Shown here piece after piece: positions 44,907 to 56,037 of a DNA stretch of 64,000 bases. The position numbers were made by a program, and so were the translations under genes. Numbering within the stretch: position 1 is the first letter of the stretch; each line of letters starts with the position of its first letter. The DNA comes from an uncultured SAR86 cluster bacterium (GTDB lineage: Bacteria > Pseudomonadota > Gammaproteobacteria > Magnimaribacterales > D2472): the NCBI GenBank assembly GCA_902623535.1, contig CACNUA010000005.1:109-64108 (forward strand), given 5' to 3'. The notes beneath the pieces are model-generated. The model was not told the DNA's origin and did no database searches. It worked only from the letters and a program-made list of their open reading frames with translations.

Positions 44907-45812
44907 TTAAGCTATTTGAAAGGTCAAAAACAATGAAGCTGGAATAACAATAAGCCAAATTAAAACCGGAAAGATAAATAGGCTTTTATGAACTCCCACA
45001 AAAGCATTTTTAGTAATCTGTGTACCCACACAAAAAAGACCTAACAGTAAGAAAACTGAACTTAATTGTTTAAATTGAGAAGAATCAATTGGTAGTTGAA
45101 ATGAGGAGCCTATAAATATAGCTAAGATAAAACCAATTACAAACAACGGTAATTTCGGTCTGCTGTCTGCCCTATTCATTAATGAAAGAATGATAACTAA
45201 AGGAATAATCCATAGTGTTCGACCAAGCTTTAATGTTGCAGCAACCTCTAGGGATTCCGCCCCATAAATCATCGCAGCACCAATTACTGCACTGGTATCA
45301 TGAATGGCTGTAGCCGCCCATAAACCAAATTCAGATTGGGAGAGATTGATCTGTTCAGCAATCAGTGGAAAAAATAATATGCCGATTGCATTTAATAAAA
45401 AGATTATGGCAATGGCTATCGACAACTCTTGAGGTTTTGATTTAATAACTGGAGCTACTGCGGCCATTGCCGTTCCACCACAAATTGATGAGCCTGATGC
45501 AATTAAATATATGTATGATTGCTTTAAATTCAGTAGTTTTCCTAAAATTAAAGTTAATAAAAAAACAAAAACAACAAACAAAGATATTGGTAACAAATAG
45601 CTTGAGCTGGTTTCTTGAGCAACACTAAATTCAATCGAAAAACCCAAAAGAATGATTCCGGTTTGTAATAATCTAGTGGCGTACTTTCTGGTTATAAACT
45701 GATTATTGGTTAAAAAGAAAATCGAGAATCCAATCCCTAATAATAGCCCTACTACCGGACTGCCAAGGTAAATAGTTATACAAGCTAGAATTAGGGCAAT
45801 TAAATATTGCAT
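44907..45812 (-). CDS. YeiH / putative sulfate exporter family transporter
   Basis: GSSICGGTAMAA, AIHDTSAV, KLGRTLWIIP. Confidence 0.88.
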   Translation of the reverse strand: MQYLIALILACITIYLGSPVVGLLLGIGFSIFFLTNNQFITRKYATRLLQTGIILLGFSIEFSVAQETSSSYLLPISLFVVFVFLLTLILGKLLNLKQSYIYLIASGSSICGGTAMAAVAPVIKSKPQELSIAIAIIFLLNAIGILFFPLIAEQINLSQSEFGLWAATAIHDTSAVIGAAMIYGAESLEVAATLKLGRTLWIIPLVIILSLMNRADSRPKLPLFVIGFILAIFIGSSFQLPIDSSQFKQLSSVFLLLGLFCVGTQITKNAFVGVHKSLFIFPVLIWLIVIPASLFLTFQIA

Positions 45813-45832
45813 AGATATTAATTTTGCATTGT

Positions 45833-45859
45833 TTCAGACAAAAATAGTATCTGTCTGAA
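45833..45859. promoter_or_regulatory. Inverted repeat TTCAGACA-N11-TGTCTGAA in divergent spacer
   Basis: Perfect 8-bp arms at 45833-45840 and 45852-45859. Confidence 0.4.
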
Positions 45860-45878
45860 TTAAAATACCTATTAAACA

Positions 45879-46345
45879 ATGCTTGAAGTAGTAAAAAATA
45901 AGAGATTTCAATTTGGATGCTTGATTTTATCTTTTGTCTGTATATGTGCTTTTATATTTATTGGAAACAGGTTTGAAATTAATTTTTTAGATCAAGAATA
46001 CCTTGATCAAAGGGTTCTTTTTGTTCTTGAAAATATGAGTGCTTTGCAAGCAAGTATTCATCTATGGGTAACAATGACGCTGGATGTTATTTTCCCACTT
46101 GCCTATGGATTTTTATTTTTTGGGATCCTGTTAAATAATCTTGAAGGTCAATGGAAGTTTTTGGCTGTTCTACCTTTAATATTAATTGCAGCCGACCTTA
46201 CAGAGGGAATTCTTCAGATTCACCTAATGAAAGCTCAAGTAATAGAAATGATAATAGTAAGTTATAAAAATAAAATTACTCTTATAAAGTACTTTCTTTT
46301 TTTAATCTGTATGGGAATGTGCTTGATAACAAGTATGTTAAAACT

Positions 46346-46367
<22 letters not shown>
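45879..46367 (+). CDS. Hypothetical membrane protein
   Basis: Four hydrophobic segments, TLDVIFPLAY, ADLTEG; 3' end overlaps tRNA-Ile antisense. Confidence 0.7.
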
Positions 46368-46423
<56 letters not shown>

Positions 46424-46441
46424 AAAAAAATTGGAAGGAGC

Positions 46442-46470
46442 ATTCTACAACTCATTCGTCTGAGTGACAA
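46442..46470 (-). promoter_or_regulatory. Sigma70 promoter of tRNA-Ile
   Basis: TTGTCA-N17-TAGAAT followed by GCTCC discriminator, ~18 nt upstream of the tRNA. Confidence 0.75.
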
Positions 46471-47160
46471 TCAGATATTGTTTGGATGCAGTGACTTATA
46501 AAGACTATAAAAAAGATAAAAAAGTGGTATGAGTGTAAAGTATTTGACCAAAGCCAAGACCAATATTGCAACCATGTTGGTATCAATGGCTAGAAGGCCA
46601 AAAATTAAACCTATAACTAATTGAAGTCCAATAAATACACTCGTGATTAAGAAGAGCTTGGTGCCCTCTTTATCTGAATCATTCCATGCTAGGCCCAACG
46701 ATTCGAAGGCCCTTTTATTTTGAAACATAATGTATGCTGGATACATTCCTAATCTTGCAAATAGGTAGAATCCTGGCAACACAACCAGTAATAGCCCAAG
46801 CCCATATACAATTGATGCAGCGATAGAGCTCCAAAGTAATGGGAAAAATTTTCTCAACCCCATGAGGTATGCTTGATTTATGCTCAAATCTTGATTAGAT
46901 GTAAGAGCTTCAAATGAGACCATCATTGCTCCATAAAAAGCTATCGATAGAACCATTGAAACAATACCTAGAACAGCTAACTGTATTGCGACTGGTTGGA
47001 TGGATTCAATAATTAAGTCATTAGACATATTCTCATTGAGATCCAATTGTAAAACTAAATAACTAACTGCAAATTCCAATGTTATAAGCGGCAGCGCTAG
47101 TACAAACAAATAAGAAAAGTGCTTCAGGCAAAATGAGAGTGTATAAAAGAACTGATTCAT
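46471..47160 (-). CDS. Hypothetical integral membrane protein (YciC-like)
   Basis: Multiple TM helices, GLLLVVLPGFYL. Confidence 0.7.
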   Translation of the reverse strand: MNQFFYTLSFCLKHFSYLFVLALPLITLEFAVSYLVLQLDLNENMSNDLIIESIQPVAIQLAVLGIVSMVLSIAFYGAMMVSFEALTSNQDLSINQAYLMGLRKFFPLLWSSIAASIVYGLGLLLVVLPGFYLFARLGMYPAYIMFQNKRAFESLGLAWNDSDKEGTKLFLITSVFIGLQLVIGLIFGLLAIDTNMVAILVLALVKYFTLIPLFYLFYSLYKSLHPNNI

Positions 47161-47193
47161 TGAGTGGTTTTTAACTTAAGTGTTTATATTTTA

Positions 47194-48384
47194 TCAGGTG
47201 ACGTTAATTTTCTTGAAATTTCTTTTGCCAACTTGGTAGGTTTGACTGGTGCCCTTTTTGACTTGGAACTTCAGATCTTCAATTTTTTTCTCATCAATTT
47301 TTACCGCCCCTTGCTTGATGAGCCTCATGGCTTCAGAAGTACTCTTCAACATACCACTATCCTTAAGTAAGTTAGGTAAAGCTATTGATGATGATGCGAT
47401 TGTGAGTTCGATCTCTTCAATATCATCAGGTGTTTGTTTTTTTTGAAATTGATTTACAAAATTTGAATGTGAAGAATCAGCGGCTGAATCATCATGAAAC
47501 CTAGCAATGATTTCTTTGGCTAGTTCTATTTTTATATCTCTAGGATTTGTACCCTTTTCTTGTGATGCTTTTAATTGTTTGATTTCTTTATCAGATTTAA
47601 AGCTCAATAAATCAAACCAACGCCACATTAACTCATCCGAAATTGACATCACTTTACCAAACATATCATTGGGGTCTTCATCTATGCCGATATAGTTATC
47701 CAGCGACTTAGACATTTTTTTTACTCCATCTAAACCCTCTAAAATAGGGACAGTTTGAATTACCTGTGGATCAATTCCATAAGATTTTTGAATTTCTCTG
47801 CCGACTAAAAGATTAAATTTTTGATCCGTACCACCTAACTCAACGTCAGCTTTTAAGTAAACAGAATCATAAGCTTGCACTAAAGGGTAAAGTAGTTCAT
47901 GAATGGAGATACTTTGATTTGATTTGTATCGTTTATTAAAGTCATCCCTTTCAAGCATTCTTGCTAGATTGTAATGAGATGCAAGCTCAATAAATCCTTC
48001 TGCTCCCAAAGCTGAGCACCATTCAGAGTTAAACCTAATCTTAGTTTTTTTGGGATTTAATATTTTGAAGACTTGCTTCTTATAAGTCTCCGCATTCTTT
48101 AAAACCTCCTCTTTAGTTAAGGGAGGTCTTGTTTTATTTTTACCTGATGGATCACCAATCATTCCTGTAAAGTCGCCGATGACAAAAACGATCTTATGTC
48201 CTAAATCTTCATAATGCTTCATTTTATTTATTAGCACGGTATGACCAAGGTGAAGATCAGGAGCAGTTGGGTCAAAGCCTACTTTTACGGTAAGGGGAGA
48301 ATCTTCTTTTAGTTTTTCTACAAGCTCTTTCTCGTTAATTAGTTCATCAGAACCCCGGTGAATCAATTTTAATTCTTCTTTCAT
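47194..48384 (-). CDS. tyrS: Tyrosyl-tRNA synthetase
   Basis: [27 protein letters not shown]-terminal S4 domain. Confidence 0.98.
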   Translation of the reverse strand: MKEELKLIHRGSDELINEKELVEKLKEDSPLTVKVGFDPTAPDLHLGHTVLINKMKHYEDLGHKIVFVIGDFTGMIGDPSGKNKTRPPLTKEEVLKNAETYKKQVFKILNPKKTKIRFNSEWCSALGAEGFIELASHYNLARMLERDDFNKRYKSNQSISIHELLYPLVQAYDSVYLKADVELGGTDQKFNLLVGREIQKSYGIDPQVIQTVPILEGLDGVKKMSKSLDNYIGIDEDPNDMFGKVMSISDELMWRWFDLLSFKSDKEIKQLKASQEKGTNPRDIKIELAKEIIARFHDDSAADSSHSNFVNQFQKKQTPDDIEEIELTIASSSIALPNLLKDSGMLKSTSEAMRLIKQGAVKIDEKKIEDLKFQVKKGTSQTYQVGKRNFKKINVT

Positions 48385-48427
48385 GATATTGGCTTATTAT
48401 AGTATTAGATAGATAGGTATTAACTAA

Positions 48428-49123
48428 ATGGGTGCAGAAAATAAACTAAGCTTTGAATTCAATCCAATTGTTAGAGGCATGAAGATTGCAGACTCTAACA
48501 GTTTATTTCCGATTCATAGGGTTTTTTGTGTTGGGAAAAATTATGCTGAACATGCAAAAGAAATGGGTTCTGAGATTGAAAAAAAAGAGCCCTTCTTTTT
48601 TTCAAAAGTTCCTGAGTCGATTACTCAAGTTAAAAAGATCTTGATACCTGAAGATACTGCTAACCTTCATCACGAGGTTGAATTAGTAATTTGCTTAAAA
48701 AAGGGTGGGATGAATATCAATGTTAATGCAGCTCACCAATGTATTTTTGGATATGCAGTCGGAGTGGACCTAACTAAGAGAGACATTCAAAAAAAATCTA
48801 AGGATAAGGGCCATCCATGGGAGAGCGCTAAATCATTTGATCAATCTGGACCTATTTCAGAAATAAAAAAGTATGAGGAGGTGGTATTAAAAAATAATAA
48901 TATTTCACTATTAATTAATGGAGAAGAAAAACAAAGCGCTTCAATCAATATGATGGTTTGGGGTATAGAGGAATTAATAAGTATTTTGTCTCAAAAAGTA
49001 ATCCTAAAACCAGGTGATATTTTGTTTACTGGCACTCCAGCAGGTGTTGGAAATATTAAAAAAGGAGACATATTGGAGGCATCGATTGATGAAGTGGGTG
49101 CTTTGAAACTTAACTTTGAATAA
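48428..49123 (+). CDS. Fumarylacetoacetate hydrolase family protein
   Basis: CVGKNYAEH, HHEVEL, DLTKRD, GDILFTGTPAGVG. Confidence 0.93.
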   Translation: MGAENKLSFEFNPIVRGMKIADSNSLFPIHRVFCVGKNYAEHAKEMGSEIEKKEPFFFSKVPESITQVKKILIPEDTANLHHEVELVICLKKGGMNINVNAAHQCIFGYAVGVDLTKRDIQKKSKDKGHPWESAKSFDQSGPISEIKKYEEVVLKNNNISLLINGEEKQSASINMMVWGIEELISILSQKVILKPGDILFTGTPAGVGNIKKGDILEASIDEVGALKLNFE

Positions 49124-49147
49124 CTCAAGAATAATAAGCTTATATTT

Positions 49148-52100
49148 GTGAAAACCAGTTCAAAATTTAGATCAGATCATGAGATTGCAGACTCAATTTT
49201 ACAAAAATCTAAGTTTCTTGATTCAAGTAAAATTGAAGAAAATGCTATTTCTTTAGTAAATTTTTGCAGAGAAAATAAATCAAAAAGAACCCTCCTTGAT
49301 GCTTTCATGGAAGAATATGGTCTTTCTAATAATGAAGGTATAGCACTAATGTGCTTGGCCGAATCACTTTTAAGGATTCCTGATAAAAAAACACGGGATG
49401 ATTTAATTAAAGAAAAAATTACTTCTTCCAAATGGATTGAACACCTAAATCAAGCAAATAGCTTATTAGTAAACTCAGCCACCTGGGGATTGCTTATTGC
49501 TCAAACATTCCTCAAGCCTGTTGGCATTGAATCGCACTGGTTAAAAAATCTATCGAACAAAATTGGTGAGGCTCCCATTCGAGAAGCAGTAAAGATGGCT
49601 ATGGGTATTTTGGGTGATGAGTTTGTATGTGCTAAAAATATTTCTGATCTTGAGTATTCCACAATTATTAAAAGTGAGAATTGTTCATTTGATATGCTGG
49701 GAGAAGCTGCAAGGAATGAAGTTCAGGCCTTAAAATTTCTAAGTGCTTATAAGGAATCTATTCATATTGCAGGAAAATTTAATCAGCAAACAGGTAATGA
49801 TCATGGTGTCTCAATTAAGCTTTCTGCGCTTTACTCAAAATATGATTTACTACATCAAAAAGATGTTAGTGAAAAGCTGCTGCCAAGATTAAGAGATTTA
49901 GCCTTGTTGGCTTTAGAAAAAGATGTTCTGCTTACGATTGATGCCGAAGAGCAAGATAGGTTAACCATAAGCCTAGATTTGATTGAAAAACTCTTGCTTG
50001 AAAAAGGTATTAGGGATTGGGAAAAGATAGGAATTGCAGTCCAAGCCTATGGTAAAAGAGCTTTTGATGTAATCAATCATATCAATCAGCTTGGTAAAAA
50101 GAGGGAAAAGATAGGGGTCAGGTTGGTTAAGGGTGCTTATTGGGATTATGAAATTAAGAATGCTCAAAAAAATGGATATCCAGATTATTCTGTTTTCACT
50201 GCCAAAAGTCTAACTGATCTGAACTATATATATTGTGCCAAGGCAATGATTGATTCGAGTTCAATCTTGCCATGTTTTGCTACACACAATGCCAATACTA
50301 TTTCTAGCATCATCCATCTTGCTGATGGCAAGGATATTTCCTTTCAGAGGCTCTACGGAATGGGTGAACTCTTATACCAAGGATGCAAAAAAATTTTTAA
50401 TCAGGATTTTAAAACAAACGTTTATTGTCCTATTGGCGAACATAGAGAACTGCTACCCTATTTAGTCAGAAGGTTACTTGAAAACGGTGCTAATGCATCA
50501 TTTGTTAATCAGTTATTTGATGAAAATATTCCTGCTGAAAAAGTAGCTCAATCACCTCAGAGGATTGTGAAAGATAAGCTTCTTTGCAATAAAATAAAAC
50601 CAATAGAAATTCCACCTAATATGTACGGAAATAGAAAAAATTCATTGGGTATAGACCTATCTGAAAAAGAATCTTTAAATGAATTAAAGAACTGGATTAA
50701 TGCTCTTAATGAAAACTCCTTTGATGTTACTAACTTATCCTCAGTTGAGATAAGTTCAACAAATCAAATTAAAATTTCTAGTCCTATTGATGGAAAAATT
50801 CTTGGCACCTATTCTAGTTTTAATGCCGAGCAAGAAATAATATTCCAGCAGTCAAAACATTGGGCCGAAAAATCATTTGATCATAAAGCTAAAGTGCTAC
50901 TTGAAGTTGCCGATCATATTGAATCAAGCCCAGCAAAATTCTTAAGCCTCCTTGTAAACGAATCAGGTAAAACTTATCAAGACTCAGTAGATGAAATAAG
51001 GGAGACAATTGATTTTATAAGATATTACGTTGAGCAAGCTGAAGACCTATTTGAAAACAAGGAGATGGTTGGGCCAACCGGTGAAAAAAACTTTCTTCAG
51101 CATGTACCAAAAGGAGTAGTGCTTTGTATTAGCCCATGGAATTTTCCTCTTGCTATTACTGCGGGACAAATTATTGCAGCCTTGGTAACTGGCAACACAG
51201 TTATTGCAAAACCATCTGAGCACACAACGATCATTGCATATGAGTTTATTAAATTGCTCCTGGCAAAAGGAGTTCCTGATGATGCAATAAATCTTGTTCT
51301 TGGTGATGGGAAAGTGGCTGAGCATATTATTAAATCTCAACCCTTGGACCTAGTATGTTTTACTGGCTCACTTCAGACTGCAAAAAACATTCATCAAAGT
51401 CTCGCGCTTAAATCAGGACAAATTGTATCCCTAGTTGCTGAGACAGGTGGCCTTAATGCTATGGTTATAGACTCATCGGCATTGTTGGAGCAAGCATGCG
51501 ATGATGTTATTAGGTCTGCTTTTATGTCAGCTGGTCAAAGATGCTCAGCATTGAGAATTGCATTAATTCACGAAGATATTTATCAAGATTTTAAGGCTAT
51601 GCTTGCTGGAGCAATGGATGATCTTATAGTTGGTGACCCAAAAGATACTCGAACGGACGTAGGACCAATAATAAGTATTGATGCAGCAACTAAGATAAAA
51701 GCCTATATTGATCTAAAAAAGTCTGAGGGATTTAAGATATTTTGTACAAATGAAAATCACACTCATGCAGATCAGTTTATTCAACCTACTTTTATTGAGA
51801 TGTCATCGCTATCTGACATAAATGAAGAAATATTTGGGCCTGTATTACACCTAGTTATGTATAAAGAAAAAGATCTAGAAATTATCTTACAAGAATTGAA
51901 ATCTAAGGGTTTTGGATTAACATTTGGAATTCACTCTAGAATTGAGAGTAAAGCGACAAAGATAAGTGAGTTGGTAAGTTCAGGCAATAGTTATATTAAT
52001 CGAGATATTATCGGAGCCGTTGTTGGGACTCAACCATTTGGAGGGTCTGGCTTATCTGGAACCGGTCAAAAAACTGGTGGTCCAAATTATTTGATCCAAT

Positions 52101-52201
52101 TTGTGAATGAAAAATTAGTGTCGATTAATACCGTAGCCATAGGAGGAAACGCAGAGTTACTTAATCTAGAAACTGAAAATGGCAATTCTCAAGGAACTTA
52201 A
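49148..52201 (+). CDS. putA: Bifunctional proline dehydrogenase / P5C dehydrogenase
   Basis: SFDMLGEAA, RLVKGAYWD, RRLLENGAN, ETGG, SAGQRCSA, EEIFGP. Confidence 0.96.
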   Translation: MKTSSKFRSDHEIADSILQKSKFLDSSKIEENAISLVNFCRENKSKRTLLDAFMEEYGLSNNEGIALMCLAESLLRIPDKKTRDDLIKEKITSSKWIEHLNQANSLLVNSATWGLLIAQTFLKPVGIESHWLKNLSNKIGEAPIREAVKMAMGILGDEFVCAKNISDLEYSTIIKSENCSFDMLGEAARNEVQALKFLSAYKESIHIAGKFNQQTGNDHGVSIKLSALYSKYDLLHQKDVSEKLLPRLRDLALLALEKDVLLTIDAEEQDRLTISLDLIEKLLLEKGIRDWEKIGIAVQAYGKRAFDVINHINQLGKKREKIGVRLVKGAYWDYEIKNAQKNGYPDYSVFTAKSLTDLNYIYCAKAMIDSSSILPCFATHNANTISSIIHLADGKDISFQRLYGMGELLYQGCKKIFNQDFKTNVYCPIGEHRELLPYLVRRLLENGANASFVNQLFDENIPAEKVAQSPQRIVKDKLLCNKIKPIEIPPNMYGNRKNSLGIDLSEKESLNELKNWINALNENSFDVTNLSSVEISSTNQIKISSPIDGKILGTYSSFNAEQEIIFQQSKHWAEKSFDHKAKVLLEVADHIESSPAKFLSLLVNESGKTYQDSVDEIRETIDFIRYYVEQAEDLFENKEMVGPTGEKNFLQHVPKGVVLCISPWNFPLAITAGQIIAALVTGNTVIAKPSEHTTIIAYEFIKLLLAKGVPDDAINLVLGDGKVAEHIIKSQPLDLVCFTGSLQTAKNIHQSLALKSGQIVSLVAETGGLNAMVIDSSALLEQACDDVIRSAFMSAGQRCSALRIALIHEDIYQDFKAMLAGAMDDLIVGDPKDTRTDVGPIISIDAATKIKAYIDLKKSEGFKIFCTNENHTHADQFIQPTFIEMSSLSDINEEIFGPVLHLVMYKEKDLEIILQELKSKGFGLTFGIHSRIESKATKISELVSSGNSYINRDIIGAVVGTQPFGGSGLSGTGQKTGGPNYLIQFVNEKLVSINTVAIGGNAELLNLETENGNSQGT

Positions 52202-53429
52202 GCTAAAAAATCTCTACCTAATTATTCCAGCAATTTTTGCTGTATTAATCGTTTTATTTGCAGCGCAAGAAGATGAAGAAGTTCCTGCGCTTTCCATAAA
52301 GCAGAGTTCAATAAATCTAGAGATCTCAATTGAAAAGAATAAACATTCGAGTTTTTATACTGTTGAAGAAGGTGACAGCATGAGCGTAATTTTCGAGGAA
52401 AATAAAGTACCTCTGAATTTAACCTACAGAATCTTAAGAGGTCCCTACAAGAATGACTTCGTAAATTTAATGCCAGGCAACGAATTTGAATTTCTTTTTT
52501 TAGATAATGAGTTACTCACGATTGAGCTTAGAAAAGGATCTCTCTTTTCCTTATCCGTAATAAATTCAAATGAGCCTGAATATAGTCTCTTTAACTTAGA
52601 GCCTGAAGTTATCAGAGAGTTTAGGTCAGGCAAAATAACTTCAAGCTTCTATGAAGCAGCTCTTGAGAGTGGAATTCCTGATAGTGTGATAATGGATCTT
52701 GCCTATCTTTTTGGCTGGGACATTGATTTTATTTTTGATATTAGAGAAGGGGATAGTTTTAAGGTTCTTTATGAAACACCATTTGTTGAAGGAAGTAAAA
52801 TAGCAAATGGAGACATCCTTTATGCAGAGTTCGTCAATCAAGAACAAGAATATACGGCCATAAGATACTTTGATAGATATGGAGAAAAATTTTATTTCGA
52901 TAAAAATGGTAACAGTCTAAAGAAAGCTTTTTTGAGAGCACCACTGGATTTTGCTTACATCAGCTCTCATTTCAACCCACGAAGAAAACATCCAATATTA
53001 AATAAAATAAGAGCACACAACGGTGTGGATTATGCTGCAAAAAGAAATACCCCTGTAAGATCAACTGGAGATGGGATGATTATTCATCAAGGCTGGAAAA
53101 GTGGTTATGGAAGAACTGTCCAAATACGGCATGGAGGTGAAATTACAACCTTGTATGCACATTTGGAGTCATACAATAAAAAGTTGAATGAAGGGTCCAA
53201 AGTGGACCAGGGTACCATTATTGGTTATGTAGGTGATTCAGGTCTTGCTACTGCTCCTCACTTACATTATGAATTTAAAGTCGGAGATAAAAGAACAGAC
53301 CCCTTAAAAGTTAGACTGCCCGATGATAAACCGATAGACAAAATGGAACTAACTGAGTTTAATCAAACAAAATCGCAGATTTTAGACTTAACTAAAAAGC
53401 TATCTATAATGATAGCTGATGCCAACTAA
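52179..53429 (+). CDS. Peptidoglycan DD-metalloendopeptidase, M23 family
   Basis: HNGVDYAA, YAHL, PHLHYE; N-terminal anchor and LysM-like segment. Confidence 0.92.
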   Translation: MAILKELKLKNLYLIIPAIFAVLIVLFAAQEDEEVPALSIKQSSINLEISIEKNKHSSFYTVEEGDSMSVIFEENKVPLNLTYRILRGPYKNDFVNLMPGNEFEFLFLDNELLTIELRKGSLFSLSVINSNEPEYSLFNLEPEVIREFRSGKITSSFYEAALESGIPDSVIMDLAYLFGWDIDFIFDIREGDSFKVLYETPFVEGSKIANGDILYAEFVNQEQEYTAIRYFDRYGEKFYFDKNGNSLKKAFLRAPLDFAYISSHFNPRRKHPILNKIRAHNGVDYAAKRNTPVRSTGDGMIIHQGWKSGYGRTVQIRHGGEITTLYAHLESYNKKLNEGSKVDQGTIIGYVGDSGLATAPHLHYEFKVGDKRTDPLKVRLPDDKPIDKMELTEFNQTKSQILDLTKKLSIMIADAN

Positions 53430-54510
53430 AGATATATACATAGGAACAATGAGCGGGACCAGTGCAGATGCTGTGGAATCATGCGCCTTAAATATTGATA
53501 AAAAATCTATAACAATAATCGGTTCATACAGTACTAAAATTACTTCGAAAGATCAGACGAAAATTCTTAACCTTGCGGCAGGCAAGAGCTCTACAGTGCA
53601 AGATTTTGGTGAAATTAATCAATCATGCACTCGTTATTTTTTAAAGAGTATTCAAGGACTAATAAGAAAAAATTTTATTAAGCACTCAAAAATAAAAGGT
53701 ATTGGTCTATCTGGGCAAACTGTATGGCATGCACCAAAATCTAGGAATCCCTTCTCAATTCAGCTTGGCGATCCAAATTATATTTCTCATGCATTGGGTG
53801 TACCTGTTGTGTCTGATTTTAGAAATTCTCATATTGCTCTTGGGGGTGAAGGCGCTCCACTTACAACTTATTTTCATCATGAAATGTTTAGGTCCCAGAA
53901 ATCTAGGCTCATTATCAATCTTGGAGGCATTACAAATTTCACTTTCCTAAAAAAATCCTTTGTTTTAGGTTCTGATGCTGGACCTGCAAATGCATTAATG
54001 GATATATATTGCCAAAAAGTCTTAAAGAAAAAATTTGATAAAGGTGGTGAAGTTGCATCAAAGGGGAATATTCATAAATCATCAATCAATGAGATGAGTA
54101 AACATTTTTTCTTCCGAAAAAAATTACCGAAGTCCACTGGTAAAGAAATCTTTAATTTTAATTTTATACCAAAAAAATTGTTAAAACAGTCCAAAGAGGA
54201 CGTGCTTGCAACTCTAAATTTCTTTTCGGCTATGATGATATTCGAACAAACTCAGAAACTTAAGAAAGCCATTGATGAAATTTATGTCTGTGGGGGTGGA
54301 ATCAAAAATCAAACCCTTGTGTGCAATCTTGAAAGTCTTTTTAAAACTAAAATTAAATCTTCAAAAGAAATAGGTCTAGATCCAATGCTTGTTGAGTCAG
54401 CTGCTTTTGGATGGCTTGCGAAAAAAAGGATGGATCGTGAAATGCTTCAGGTTTTAAATAAAGATAAAATTACTAAAGGATTGCTTGGATCTATTACAAA
54501 AATCAGATAG
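53419..54510 (+). CDS. anmK: Anhydro-N-acetylmuramic acid kinase
   Basis: MSGTSADA, GQTVWH, GGEGAPL, NLGGI, PKSTGKE, CGGG. Confidence 0.93.
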   Translation: MPTKDIYIGTMSGTSADAVESCALNIDKKSITIIGSYSTKITSKDQTKILNLAAGKSSTVQDFGEINQSCTRYFLKSIQGLIRKNFIKHSKIKGIGLSGQTVWHAPKSRNPFSIQLGDPNYISHALGVPVVSDFRNSHIALGGEGAPLTTYFHHEMFRSQKSRLIINLGGITNFTFLKKSFVLGSDAGPANALMDIYCQKVLKKKFDKGGEVASKGNIHKSSINEMSKHFFFRKKLPKSTGKEIFNFNFIPKKLLKQSKEDVLATLNFFSAMMIFEQTQKLKKAIDEIYVCGGGIKNQTLVCNLESLFKTKIKSSKEIGLDPMLVESAAFGWLAKKRMDREMLQVLNKDKITKGLLGSITKIR

Positions 54511-54832
54511 AAAAGGATTCACCACATCCGCATGTAGTTTTAGCATTAGGATTTTGAATGATGAAGCGGGAACCAGATAAATCTTCAATAAAATCAAGTG
54601 TTGATCCGTAAAGATATGGGTATGAAAGTGAGTCTAAAACAACGCTAAAATCAATAAAATTAATTTCATCGTCATCGAACGCTATTTCTTGGTCAAATTT
54701 AAAACCATATTGAAAACCCGAACAACCTCCACCAGTAACGTAAACTCTGAATTTATTTGAATCGGATGTTTCAACAAGATTTAAGATCCTAGTTTTAGCA
54801 GATTCAGTAACAATTATTGATTGTGTTGACAT
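54503..54832 (-). CDS. erpA: Iron-sulfur cluster insertion protein
   Basis: GGGCSGFQY, NPNAKTTCGCGESF. Confidence 0.92.
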   Translation of the reverse strand: MSTQSIIVTESAKTRILNLVETSDSNKFRVYVTGGGCSGFQYGFKFDQEIAFDDDEINFIDFSVVLDSLSYPYLYGSTLDFIEDLSGSRFIIQNPNAKTTCGCGESFSI

Positions 54833-54856
54833 TGAAATAGAATATTATATTCATAG

Positions 54857-55384
54857 TTATAACAAATCAAAGTCCTCTGTAAATTTTTTGACGGCATCCC
54901 AATCAGTAAATTCATATGACTTTGAAGTATCTGTTGGTCCACCTGTTATATACATAATGAATTTAATGATATGTTTATCAAAAAATCGGTATTTTGGATA
55001 ATCAATCTTGCCTGCAAATACCCCTATTTTATTGGGTTGCCAAGATGAAAGCCTTAAAAACTTGCTTACATAGGGATTGGAATCAGGTGTTTGTTTTTCA
55101 GGTTTTCTCGCGACAGCATTTACAGTAAAGAAACCATTCTTAAGTTTTTGTATTTCGGCTAAATTATGATTTATGAATTTAGGAATGTTTTTATTATAAT
55201 TACCATATCTTATGCTGGCGCCAAGTAAAAACTTATCATAATCAGAGAAGTTCATTTTGGGCATTAGATTACAATCAATTAAGTCAACCTTGTTATTAGT
55301 CAAAGAAAATTGCTGCATCATAAGCTTACTTATTCTTTCAGTATGACCATCTGTGGATGAATATAAAAAAAGGATTTTACTCAT
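54857..55384 (-). CDS. hemG: Flavodoxin-like protoporphyrinogen IX dehydrogenase
   Basis: YSSTDGHT, GASIRYG, ARKPEK, FAGKIDYPKY, EFTDW. Confidence 0.92.
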   Translation of the reverse strand: MSKILFLYSSTDGHTERISKLMMQQFSLTNNKVDLIDCNLMPKMNFSDYDKFLLGASIRYGNYNKNIPKFINHNLAEIQKLKNGFFTVNAVARKPEKQTPDSNPYVSKFLRLSSWQPNKIGVFAGKIDYPKYRFFDKHIIKFIMYITGGPTDTSKSYEFTDWDAVKKFTEDFDLL

Positions 55385-55419
55385 CTTAATAACGATACAA
55401 TAATAATGAATAAATCAAA

Positions 55420-56037
55420 ATGTTTAGCAATAAATTAAAGGGATTATATTGCATTATCTGTGAAGAAAACTTTTTGCATGATAGTTTTGATCAAACTATT
55501 AAAGTTTGCTTGGAAAATAAGATTAAGTTATTTCAAATAAGATTTAAAAACGAAAGTATCTTTTTTGAGCATGAACCAAAATTAAAAAGTCTAATAGAAA
55601 AAATTCACAATCATTCGGGGCTTGTTTTAGTCAATGATCATATTACCCACATTGAAGAATTTAATTTTGATGGTATTCATTTAGGTCAATCAGATATCTC
55701 GCCAATTTTTGCAAAGCATGTCTATAAAGACAAGATTGTTGGCTTAAGTTGTTATAGCAGTTCATCGCTCGCAAATCAGTATTTAGACTACATTGATTAT
55801 GTTTCTTTTGGAGCCATGTACAAATCTTCAACTAAAAAAAATGCACGCAAAATATCTGAAGCTGAACTTCAAAATATAATTAAATTCAATAGAAAACCAA
55901 AAGCCATAATTGGCGGAATTAATTTAAATACTTATGAGTCAAATATCAGTAACAATTTTGATATGATTGCTATGTCAGATGGTATCTTTTCTTCAGAAGA
56001 TTTGCCCTCATTCTTAAATATGTTAAATAAATCATGA
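55420..56037 (+). CDS. thiE: Thiamine-phosphate synthase (divergent)
   Basis: QIRFK, VND, DGIHLGQSD, GLSC, SSTK, AIIGGI. Confidence 0.85.
   Translation: MFSNKLKGLYCIICEENFLHDSFDQTIKVCLENKIKLFQIRFKNESIFFEHEPKLKSLIEKIHNHSGLVLVNDHITHIEEFNFDGIHLGQSDISPIFAKHVYKDKIVGLSCYSSSSLANQYLDYIDYVSFGAMYKSSTKKNARKISEAELQNIIKFNRKPKAIIGGINLNTYESNISNNFDMIAMSDGIFSSEDLPSFLNMLNKS

Noticed and set aside
49148..49300. PutA lacking the N-terminal DNA-binding domain
   Set aside because: Short bifunctional PutA is a well-known class
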